DNA of 57,181 nucleotides, counting the filler, from Sphacelaria rigidula (taxonomy: Eukaryota), in the NCBI GenBank assembly GCA_964200075.2. It is 4 parts of 4 records of this genome, joined end to end, with 100 filler letters (N's around TTAATTAATTAA, not from the genome) between each part and the next. Parts side by side here need not be neighbours in the genome. Positions count along the whole stretch, not along the records: positions 28,644 to 42,864 come from CAXNAA020002374.1; positions 42,965 to 57,181 come from CAXNAA020002375.1; 2 more parts are not named here. One strand, given 5' to 3'. This document shows positions 38,460 to 50,300 of this stretch, piece after piece. Numbering within the stretch: position 1 is the stretch's first letter; each line of letters begins with the position of its first letter. Below the pieces are notes generated by a model. That model saw only the letters and a program-made list of their open reading frames with translations, made no database searches and had not been told where the DNA came from. The position numbers and the translations under genes were made by a program.

Positions 38460-39620
38460 GGGTGACGGCGGGGTATTTGCCAATGTTTTTTCAGTGTGCA
38501 GCCGTCGTCACTACGGTGTATGCACTTGTTATGCATGCCAACAGATCTCAGTATTTCATCATGCCTTTCCCGCAAGATGTGGCGCTCCCTGCTCACACAT
38601 GCAGCCTGGATTCGATGGCCAGGGCAATTCATGAATGGAGAGCAGTTTTGATTACCGTACTTCTCACTTCCGAAAATATCACTTTCTCGCATTCACTAGG
38701 TTCACGCTTTTGTAACATACAGTAGTGGTGTACCAGGTACTTCCTCTACTCGGTCACCAGAATCTCGCCGCGTGAAACCTCCAGCGGCGGGACATCCTGA
38801 CGCTTGTTCGCGTTTCCATGCTAGCATGCGAAATATCATTCATACAGATCAGCATCATCCGCGTACTCGAAACGGACGGAGTACTCGTACTTTCTATGTA
38901 TTTACAAAACTGTACTACTTGTAGGATAAAGTCGAAGAAGACATACAAAACCTATACACGACGACGTGATTTCTGCCCAAGCGATAAGGTGAGGATGGTA
39001 GTAACAAGGTGGTGCCATACGGTCACTGGAGATAAGTTCTGCACTCTCCATGGTCAGGAGGGGGTAGCCACAGTGCTACCAGATGACCAGATGGTATAGG
39101 TAGGGGGTAAGCCAGTGGACCTGGTCATGGGCCCAACCAGCGTGGGTAAGAGAGGCACTCCTGGTCAGCCCATGGAAGCCTGGGCGTTGCTGAGAGTGAT
39201 GGAGGAGAGTATGGATAGGCCAGTCGTGGACACTAGCTACGACGTAGCCACCTTGCCTAGGGGGCCAGTTAGTGCATTGATTCCCCGTGGTAGCAGCAGG
39301 TGGAACGGTGACGCCATGATCCAGTGCGACTACGGTGTTGTAACACTGATGTAATCGTGCCACAACATGTAGCTGAGACTGCGAGCACACTGTACCGACA
39401 TCATGGGTCATGCATACTCTGATCCACTAGACCGCCGCCTCGAGGCCTCTTTCGCACAGTACTGAACATTAAAGCACGCTGCGACAAAGAAGGGGCACAG
39501 ATCTTGCTTACTCTTCAGCCTCTGTTTCGCACGTGTGGTTTCGTGGTCGCCAGTGTTTTGAGCATGCAGTCCACTACCACGACGTTTAGAGTAAATGTGT
39601 ACACATTTCAGAGTGAGTGA
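38460..39620 (+). pseudogene. Pseudogenised divergent DNA-dependent RNA polymerase beta/RPB2-like subunit (no intron across the conserved segment)
   Basis: One frame over 39001-39465 reads TGDKFCTLHGQEGVATVLPDDQMV*VGGKPVDLVMGPTSVGKRGTPGQPMEA...CDYGVVTLM*SCHNM*, matching the RPB2 pattern GDKxxxRHGQKG..EDMP..PDIIxNP...RMTxGQLxE..GxxYxQRLxHM; outer boundaries uncertain. Confidence 0.75.
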
Positions 39621-40748
39621 GCTATTTGATGCCTGGGATGCTGGCGCGGGTCGGTGGGAAAGCCGGCGAGTTCGAAGGGTTCACGCGCACGTGGCGCGAC
39701 GTGAGCGCCCTGGACATGGAAGATGAGCTGAAGCAGGTGCGTTTTTACTGCACGATAGCACCCACGTACGCACCCTGGCGGGTGCTAATCACCTCACCGT
39801 CTAGTATAGCATTATACATCATGTACAATACCACCCCCGGTGACTTTTTCTTTCGAGACCAGCTCAATATACGTGTGTCGCCCAGTGAGCATGTTCAGCT
39901 GTTGCTTTAGACTGGAGAAATAGAATAGATCAGCAGACTGTGTTGCTTCTGGTAGCACTATTATTTATATGTACAGTTGATACCGGTTCATTTCGTTTAC
40001 GTAGGAATTGAACAGACGTGTTGGCGAACAACGCACCACCCCTGGCGGTACTGTCAATCGCAGGACGTCTCCGATCCGAGCTTCGTCCTGAGAAACTTGG
40101 ATCTGGCCAGCTCGTGCTGCGGCAGTCAATCGTCAAAAGTGGTACAAGGGTACCTGAAACGCAAACAAGCTCAGGTGAAATATCTTCGAAGGACTCTTTC
40201 AGCTCAGTACGATGCACCGTCGCGTTTGTCGCGCACGTCATCCTGCCTCATCGGCTTCGCGAATTCAAGATCGTTGACCTGAAAGTGGTTCCACGAAAAT
40301 GGTTTTTCAGCAGTTCCGTTCGCTTTTTACTCATTGGCTAGCTTTCATGCGATGAAACCGGAGTATGCGGAGATCGCACAGCTTCCCATTTTCGAACGCC
40401 TCATGACTGGGACCAGGATCATCATTTAGTGCGGGGGCATGAACTATCCGAGAATCGGACAACGTCTTGCCAGGTGTAAAAATATCGCAAGCTAGTCTCT
40501 ACTCAATGTCAGGGTTCTCCGCAAACACGGCCCGACCAGTTTGATCCTAGCCCGCGTGGTCCTAGCGGATGCGAAGGAGCAAAATGAAACTGCACTCGCA
40601 ATGCAATATGTCCTAAATAATTGGTCAGGGAAGTTTCTGCTGTGTCGGGTGACGATGATATTACTGGACTAAAGCCACCAGCTCGCACACCTCCGAGGCC
40701 CTAGAGGCAGGCATGCGTGGCCTGAGGTGTTCACCATGTCTAACGTGG

Positions 40749-41260
40749 TAAGGGTAGGGTACGTGCCCTAGGGTATCCTAGATTTTCAGGGTACTCGTAG
40801 TAACGAACACCTCAGGGTATGCACGGATATCGGCTATTGATAGACGCAATATTCCAGGATACCCAGGGTGAGATTCATCGAAAATACTCAGAATTCCAGG
40901 GTACCCAACATAGCGGCTACTAGCTGTCACCGATACTGAGTACCACAACAGTACCACGGGTATTCACCTGCAGATATTCCCGGTACCCGGAGTAGTGAGT
41001 AAAAGTAATGTGTACCTCAGGCACCTAGAGTACCGATTATCGAAAATAATGAGTATTCGATGGTACCTCGGGTACCCACCCCTCAAGATACCCAGTGTTG
41101 TATTGCTTAATATACTCCTTATTTCAGGGTGCATCGGGTGCCAATTGTCGTATGTAAGCAGTATTCCAGGGTACCCAATGTGTAGAGTACCGAATGTACT
41201 CAGAATTCCAGGGTACATACCCAGTACTGGGCATTTATCGTTACTGGAGAGCTAGGTAAC
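40749..41260. repeat. Degenerate ATTCCAGGGTACCC subrepeat array (MITE-like)
   Basis: Repeated GGGTACCC/ATTCCAGGG units; starts AGGGTAGGGTAC. Confidence 0.6.
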
Positions 41261-41627
41261 AATCCGGTATTGTGAACCTTCTTGGCTGCACAATAGCGAG
41301 TTACCCGGTTGTATGCTGAACTTGGCATTGTTGCCTGCATAACGTTCCAAGACGTATTTTAATCTATGCGGAGGACGAATGAATGTTTTTGGAAGTCACC
41401 ATTGCGCCGGGTGTATACCAATGCGCTGAATGCACGGTGTGTAAACGTATCAGTTCGTTGAACTTGGCTAAAGCGACGCTGCTATGTGTGAACTCAACGT
41501 ATGCGGGAAAAGCCGTACCGCGAATCACAATCAAGCATGCAAGCAGGGATCCGCATACCCCCCCCCCCCCTCCCCACCGCCCTCGCCCCTATCCACATTC
41601 ATGAACCTGTTTCGTACAGTACAGTGC

Positions 41628-41950
41628 TCCAGGGTACCTAGGATAGAGAACCCCGGAAATACCGAGTACGTAACGCCCCCCGACAATACCGAATACTGTA
41701 GGGTATATGGGGTATTGACTGCCAATATTACTGAATATCTCGAGATACCCCGGGTAACCGCCCGCCGAAATACCCGGTATATTACCCGAAATATTCCATC
41801 CACACACTGGATATTGGGGTACCCAGGGTAACGACGGCCGCAATAATGAGAATTTCCAGAGCATGCAGGGTGTTGACCGCTCGAAATACTCAGTATTCCG
41901 GAATAACCGGGGTATCGCCGCAAAAATTTGTACTCCATATTCCAAGGTAC
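41628..41950. repeat. Second degenerate GGGTACCC/AATACC subrepeat array
   Basis: Same motif family as 40749-41260. Confidence 0.55.
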
Positions 41951-42864
41951 GGTTGGTTATGAAAGCTAAAAACACCCAGCATCCTGGGGCATTCAGGGTA
42001 CGCATTGCTGCATGTCCGATACTCACATCGTCTCGTCCGCTGTCGCTGAGTAAAGCGGCCGAATGAAGACCTCTTTCTTTTGCTTGCCACTGTTGCTGTA
42101 GCACGGAGAGAATGTTCTCTACCTCGCAGTCGCTGCTATGTGCATCATGCTCACACTCGTTCTCTGCTGCAGTGCGTTGCTGGTGAGGCAGTCTAAAAAC
42201 ATTGCCGGGATGCTTTCGGAAACGACTATAGTGCGCAGTTTTTGTGGGCTCCCTGTCAAACATCAGAGGTGCTCGGTGTGCACTATTCAGATAATTGAAT
42301 CTTGCAAAAAGTTAAATTTCGCTAGCCCTTTTTCGTTCATCATAAGAGTAAGTCTAGTATACTTGCCCATCGGACAGTTTCGTGTGATACGATCGCGGGG
42401 TGGTATGTGCGGACCGGACAATTTAAGGGACAACCGCCCATGTGTCGTCGAATGAATGTTTTCATGTTCCGCCGTAGCTACTACTGAGTTAAGCTACGCC
42501 ATATCGTCCTTTTGACACCCAAACTGATGAATATATGATCTGGATCCTGCGTGATACGTCAAGTGTGGGCGTGTGTTGTATTCTGATGTATGGATCTTGA
42601 ATGATGGACGCATTTGTACATAGATTACTCCACCACTGTAAAAACTGGGCTTCGAACTTGTGAAGGGAGTTGTTGGTCATACCGGGGTACTTTTGGGACG
42701 TGATTATCCACGAGGCATAATCTGACGGACCGGGTGTGTTGGAAAATAGTTTATGTTGTCTCTTCCTCCCCCCCTCCCCCCCTACTCTATCGTTTATCTA
42801 TGATCAGTCTCGAAAGGGATGCGTGGTCGATGGTCAAACGGCTAAGGCAAGTAACAAATGAGTA

Positions 42865-42964
42865 NNNNNNNNNNNNNNNNNNNNNNNNNNNNNNNNNNNN
42901 NNNNNNNNTTAATTAATTAANNNNNNNNNNNNNNNNNNNNNNNNNNNNNNNNNNNNNNNNNNNN
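42865..42964. other. Artificial contig linker
   Basis: N44-TTAATTAATTAA-N44. Confidence 0.97.
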
Positions 42965-43034
42965 GATGTCTGACACACTTATGAGCCTCTTTTTTCGTGC
43001 AACCAAATACCCCCCCCCTATCGTAGGATGACTC
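42965..43034 (-). mobile_element. TIR DNA transposon end (GAGTCATCCTACGATAGGG family)
   Basis: CCCCCCTATCGTAGGATGACTC terminus. Confidence 0.65.
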
Positions 43035-46000
43035 GCCAAAACGACGAGAAAGTCACAATTGAACACCAAACTCACTCGTAATGCGAGCAGCGACGGCACG
43101 AGTCATGCGCAATGTACGCAACCCCTTCGTGAGAAATTCCGGAGCGGCCCCAAAAATATCCTTGAAAGGCTCCCACGTACGCTCCTCAACTTCGAAACCA
43201 GCCCAGTCGACCAACACGATCAACGAACGATCATCAGCTCCTGCCACTCGGATACTACCAGCAATCTGAAATTGCCCCTGATTGAAAGCGTGCAGGGACA
43301 CGTCCTTAACGTCAGCCGTAAGATTAAGCTGCGAGCATAAGCACAAAAACGAGCTACATGGGCGGTCTGAACACGACCCCAAACAATGTTCTGGATCTCA
43401 AACACGTGCGGATGGTTAGCACCAACCACTCTCCACGGACCAGTCCACGTCACCATCAACTTGAGCGTAACGCCCGGACGACGCACGTGTGCATACAAGA
43501 CATAGTCGCCTACCTCAAAACTTGGCAGTTCCAGCCCCGACGAGGACCCCTCACGTCTACGGTCACGTTCAGCGGCAACACGTTCCTGCACTTGAACGTC
43601 GAAACGTTCTTGCAAGTCCAAAACTCCTTGCAATGCACGCTTAATTTGACCATCATCCAGAACATCACAATTCCACTTCCCCGCCGATGAGGACGCCAAC
43701 ACCGAGAAAGACGTCCGAGGTGCACGACCAAACATCACGTGATACGGTGTACTATCGTACCGACGACGATACGCTGTATTAAGCACCTGTTGTTGCACCG
43801 CAGGCAACACGTCCACCCACTCGGAAACCGCTCTAGGCTGCTCGAGAAGAATAGAGCGAGGAGCACGAACTACTTCCTTGACCATGCGTCGCACGTGCCG
43901 TGAGACCACGGATAATAGGCCACCGCAAACTGGTGATCAACGTACGAAGCCTCTCGCAATCGGTCCAAGATCGCATTCTTGAAATGCGTGGCCGTATCAC
44001 TCACCCACACACGCGACACCCCCAAAGTTTTACACTAATTTAGCAAAGATGCAGCAGCCGATTCAGCAGTACACACTGCTACTGGTTCCAGAGACACGAG
44101 GTTGCTCAAATCATCCATGATTACCGAAATGTATCGAAACTCAGCATTCTCCGACAAACCTTGGGAAGCTAGCGGGCCAATCTCGCCCACGTACAAGAAG
44201 TCAAAATGAACGACTTCATTTGGCAGGGTCCCATGGACCGTTTCACCGAGCGGGCGGGGAACAACATCGCCCGCCCTCGAGTCAGCACAGTGAAGACACT
44301 GGCGGACAAATTCGCGCACATGAGTTTCTATCCCCTACCAGACACAAACCTTTTGTAAGAGTACGAGCGTCGCAGCCACACCACGATACCTGGCGTCGCG
44401 CATGTGCGCGTATATCATCAAACGTACCTGCAACTGCTTGTCAGAACTCGGAATCCACAACACGTTTCGGCCACGCACATGCACACGAAACAGATCTTCA
44501 TTGTCCAAGATAGCGGTACCAACGTCCAAATCGAAAGATTGCACATCCGCATCTTCGGCCCCAACGTCTTTTCGTTGCGCTCGGCGGACAACATTTGGAC
44601 GGCATGGAGTCATCAGGTTCACACGGACCATACACAGCCACAGCGCGCACGGACATAGCCGGAATATTAATCTAACGCGAAAGCAAGTCATCTCACGCGT
44701 TGCGGTCACCCGACATATGGAAAATCTAGTAAGGATATTGGCCAAAAACAGCTTTCCAACCCTCCAAACGTTGTGCCAACGCCTTCGACACAGACGTAAA
44801 TCACGCTTCCGGGTTGATATTATACACGAGATTCCGGTGACCCGTGAAAATGTGTACGCCATCCCACAAAATATGCTCCAAACGACAAAAAATGCTCACA
44901 ATAGTAAAACCTTCCTTATCAATTGTGGCCCCAACGCAACTGCGAACCCTTGAAACTACCACGTAGGAAAGCCAGCGGTTCATGCATCATCTTCTCGGCC
45001 GGTAAGCGTCGTTGCATCTCAACTTCAGGCACCTGCGTGACAAAACTACCCCAATGGCACTCAGATGCATCCGGAAACATCAGCACCTGACAATCAGGAC
45101 GAGGATGGAACAGCGTCACGGCATGAACCGCCAGATCCTTGGCTGCCGTGCACGGCGGCAACCTGCGCACCGTCCACGATGCAGGCGGAAGAGCTCGGTT
45201 TTCTGCCGCACGCCTCGTCCGCGTCGCAGCATCCACCATGCGTTTTTCGAGGAAACAATGCAAGGGAGCTACGATTTCTGCCCTACGCGGCAACGAGGTA
45301 CGCAGCCAACTCACGGCCTGAAGGAATTGCATGAGTTCTGCGGCCGTCTCCGGGTGTCGCATGTCAGACAAGCCTTGCAATCTGACAGGGTCATGAGATA
45401 CGCGTCCGTCTGAGTACACCTCCCTATACCACACGAGTTCACTAGCGAAAAAGGTACACTTGTGCGCAGCCGCAAACAAACCAACACTCTCTAAACGAGC
45501 CAAGATAGCATCAAGTGCATCTAAAAGTTCGTCTTCCGTGTCCGCGAAAAAAAAACAACCACCCATATCTTGCATTTTATGCCGGCGAGAAGTTATGTCA
45601 TGATGCCTTGGAAATTTGCCGTGGTTTTCAGCACTCCTTGCGGCACTCGCTTTGGGGTATACAAGCCAAACGGTCTCGTGATTGTGAAAACTTCCTACGC
45701 CTCCTCCGCCAACGGCATCTGCCAATAACCTTGGAGAAGGTCCAACTTGCCAAAAACGAGCACTCAACAGATCACGCATGTCCGACTCTTGGCTGAGCAT
45801 CACACTCGGCGACTTCTCAACCTGCTCATTCACGGCCTTGTAATCGATTACCAGGTAAAACGAGCCCTACTTCGGGACCGCCATAGCCGGACTGGGCCAC
45901 CCCGCCTGCAAGTTCCGGAACACCAAGCCGAGCGTCATAAGAGCCGCCATGCACGACGCCAACCAACTCGAACTCACTGGATCGTACCGCCGCGGCTTCG

Positions 46001-47355
46001 TCTCCACCGTGGACACCCCAGGTTTTAGCTGAACACGCATGGGCTTCACGGGCGCAGGGGGATCACCCCGCAGCGCACGACGAAACGCGTTGACGCGACG
46101 ATGCAAGATGCCGCGCAGGCGCTCCGCTTTTGAGACGCTGAGGCCTTTCGCCACGGCGTCCGTCACGCTCTCCTCCAGCGCGACCTTCCGAGCGGACTCC
46201 TCTTCCGTCGGGTCCATGAACATCTCCGGGCCGCGCTCCACCAAGCGTTCCACCGCCTCATCCAGCTCTTCGGTCACCTGCCCCCCAGCCTCCTGAAAAG
46301 CACCCACCGATGAACTCACGCGACGACTGCTCAGAAGGGCGGGCGTCTCCACGCGTGGACCAGGCGGAGACATCCGCGTCGTCTCGGAGTCCCACAATCG
46401 CGCATACGAGTCGACTCCAAAATCCGGAAGTGGCAACCCCAGAAGAATAACGCCATCCGACCCCACGATCGCAAACGAGATCGGAGACAACGGCACCGGT
46501 CCCCAGGAAGTCGTGAAAGCCAGTTGAAGCGGATCAGTACGCTGTGCGACGAAAGCATGCTGACCCGACGCGGTGACAGCCTGTTGCGCCCCGAGCGAAA
46601 ACGGGATGCGCAGCGACAAACCCGGGAGAAGACGCTCCAACATCTCTACAATCTGCACCGACAGAGTCACATGACTCGTGAATTGGACACCAGAATCTAA
46701 CACAGCCCGAACCGCAATGACTCCACGCTCCCATTGATTTGGAAGACACAACTCCGCAGGAACGTAGTTGTCCGCAGACTCCACTGGCACTTCATCCGCC
46801 GACCGATGCGCCGCTGGTCCACTTGACGCCACGACTGCGCAAGCTGTGCAAGCTGCGCAAGCTGTGCAAGCTGCGCAAGCTGCGCAAGCTGCGCAAACTG
46901 CGCAGGCGAAGACGCCCCGGCCAGCAGACCAAGAATTTGGCGAACCTCCGACCAGCGCGTCAGCAGGCGTCGCGGCTGGCGCTGCTGCCGGCGTCGCCAC
47001 CGGCGTCGCCACCGGGGCCGGTACACTGTTCGACACTGTAGAAGTCGGTCTCGCCTGGACCGCCCGTTGCGGAGCAGCAGCACTTACGGCGGCGCGGGAC
47101 CCAGAACTAGACCCATGCTGACGCCACTGCCCCGGCTGCTGCTGCTGCTGCTGAGAACTCGCCTGTGACCCTCCACCGCCGGAGGACCCGCCGCCACCAC
47201 CACGATTACCTCGTCCTTTGCCCTTGTGCTGATGATGCTGATGGCGCGCGGCATGAGACTACCCAGACTCTCCACCGGAAGACGTTGGGCACTCGCGCGC
47301 GTAATAGCCGACCTGACCAAAGCGGTGAAAGGTGATGGTCGCGGCGCGACCGGCC

Positions 47356-50300
47356 TGTGAAGCTGCCTGCAATCAGGACAAGGTTACAGTGCTGCTCCAG
47401 AGGCTTCCTCCCAGTCACGGGCTCCAGAGACTTCAAGACTTCAAGCAGTTATACAAACGGCAGTCTTCGTTAATCAGAAGTAAGCTTCACGGGCTTTCCT
47501 CACGAACACGATATGTTACGCATCCAATAGTCATCTTCCAAACAAGCAATCCAGGATCCGCTGTACATGTTGCATGGATACTGTAGGTGGACTACTCTAC
47601 AGCACCCTCCAAATCTTCGCACTACTCGAAGCAGAAAGCGAATTTGACAAAACAGTAGACGCCGGCAGTACCCTACGATGTCAACAAGAGACAAGCATTA
47701 TCAGACCGCATCAGATCAAATCACGATGCCTCCCCCAGTATAATCCTAACAAACCAGCACGAACTACTCCAACATTTTAGGCAAACAATAATCAAGCGGT
47801 ATACTCAACGTACACCAAATTGCATAGTAGAATCCATAAACTACGCCCACAACCAATCATAGCTTGAAACCCAACCAATCAGAGCTTGAGCCCATACTTA
47901 GCCAGCAAACGCGCCCGTACCTGCTTTGTTAGCCGCAATTTACGCAATTCCGAACGTACAAACCGCGGGGCTCTTTCCAAAATGGTTTCCAGAGGCTCCC
48001 ACGAGCTCTCGTCCTTGCCGAAACCTACCCATTCCACGTGTATAACGAACCCATCACCGTCTTGAGCCTCGGACAAGTCAACGATCGTCTCCATCTCGAA
48101 TTCTCCTTGCGCAAACGCATACTGGAACACTTCCTTCAGATTCGCAGTGACCGCCAGCTCCTTGTTCGCGTAGTACCGTAGTAGCTCTCTCTTCGGGCGA
48201 AAAACAACGGAGAAGGACCCGAAAGACAGTTCCCAACAGAATTTTTGAAAGGTTCCCAATAGATGCGGTCTTGAGGCGTATCTTCTTGCACATTCTTTTT
48301 CTATCGAAAAAAGTGCGGTGGATTTGATTCGACCGAATTCGCTCGTTTCCCGCCAGTTGGGTCGGAGCGAATTCGCGAGATTTCGATCTGAAAAAGACAA
48401 GGATTCGTGGAGTGGTACTTGTTGTGCATTTGTAATGCTGATGCTCCGCTGCCACGATCATCCACGGTCCTGTCCACGTACGTACGAGTTTTGGCGTTGT
48501 ACCTGAGCGCCTAACCCTCGCAGCCAACACATAGTCACCCACCATGAAATTTGGCAACTGTCCCTTACTAGCTACACGTCGTTACAGTTCACGAGTCTCC
48601 TCAACACGCTGCGCCACCTCCTTGTGCAATGCTTGCTGCGCCTCCACGACTGATGCCACATTCTCCCGCAGCATGTCCTCATTCAGCACATCAAGTCACC
48701 ACTTGCCGCAAGTCGACGATGCCAGGGTTGGAATACTTGTGCGCGGCGCCCGTCCAAACATCACATGGGATGGCGTACTGGCGTAGCGCTCGCGGAATGC
48801 CGTATTCAATGCCCACTGTACGGCAGGCACCAATCTCACCCAGTCACGAATGTCGCGCCTCTCTTCTTACAGCATGGCCTTCAAAGTACGGACAACCTCT
48901 CGCATCATCCTTTCACACGTACCATTTGACCACGGCGAGTTTGGAACCGCGAACCTCCTGTCCAGCTTCAGCGCCTTCTCCAATGCTCGCATCATATGGT
49001 TCTTGAAATGCGATGCGGTGTCACTAACCCAGACGTCCGGCGGGCCCAACGTTGCACCACGCCAGCAGATGCTGCACAGTTGCTGCAGCTGTACAAGACT
49101 CGGTGGGCTCCAACCACGCGAAATTGCACAGATCATCCATCATGAAAAGTATGTACTTGTACCCGTCGCCTTCATCCAGGCCGCTCTCGCCTGGCGGGTC
49201 ACTTTCACCAACGTACAGATAATCAAAATATATCACCTCACCGGGCCGTGTGCCATGCATTGTCTCCCCTAGTGGCCGCGGGACCATCTCACCCGCTTTC
49301 GAGTCCACACAATGCAAGCATTTTCTCACAAAATCCGTCACATGAGATTCCATCTAAAACCATCAGCAATATTCTTGCAGCCGCTGCAGTGTCGCCGCAA
49401 CACCCTGATGACCCGCCTCCTTCATGTGAGCAAACACCGTCAAGCGTGTTTGCAGCCCTTTTGCTTACGGCGGGATCCACAACACATTCGGCCCTGCTAC
49501 ATGCACGCGAAATAAACCCTCACCGTCTTTTGAAACTCGCCCAACAGCTGCTGCAAAAGTAGGGGCTCCAGCATCCATCATTCCGAACCCGGCTTGAGCC
49601 TGCTCTTGGGACTCACGAATTGCGTTATTTGACGGCAGCGTTTCATCAGGCTGACCGCTCGCAAACACGGCCGCAGCACGCACAAACACCGCCGGAACGT
49701 TTATCCACCTTGACAATAAATCTCCCCAGCAGTTCCGCTCACCAGCAATGTGCCTAATGGAGTAATCGTACTGCCCGAGCACAGCCTTTCATTGCTCGAG
49801 CCTCTGCGCAGCAGACTTAGACACGAATGCAACGCACGCCTCGGGGTTGAAAATGTATGCTAGGTTACGATGATCGGTGAAGATATGTACCCCACCCCAT
49901 AGAAGATATTCCAACCTACGGAAAGTACATACGATTGCATAGCCTTCCTTGTCCACCGTAGCTTACCGAACCTGCGCTCCACGAAACGTTCCGCTGAGAA
50001 ACCCCATCGGCTCATGGCTCATATCTTCCACCGCCAATGTACCACCCAGCTCATCCTCCGGCACCTCCGTAAGAAAACTTCCCCAGTGGAGATCCGATGC
50101 GTCAGGAAAACCTCATACCCCTGCTTGGGATATGATAAAGCGACTGCATGCGGTACCAAATCTTGCGCCTCGTGCCACGCCTGAGCACGCCTGGACGTCC
50201 ATGCCGACTCCTCGATTGTCCGGTTTGACGCCACTCGCTTGGTACGACGCACGTTCCCCTGCATGTGTTCCTTCAGGAATAACCACAGCGGCTCCACCAC

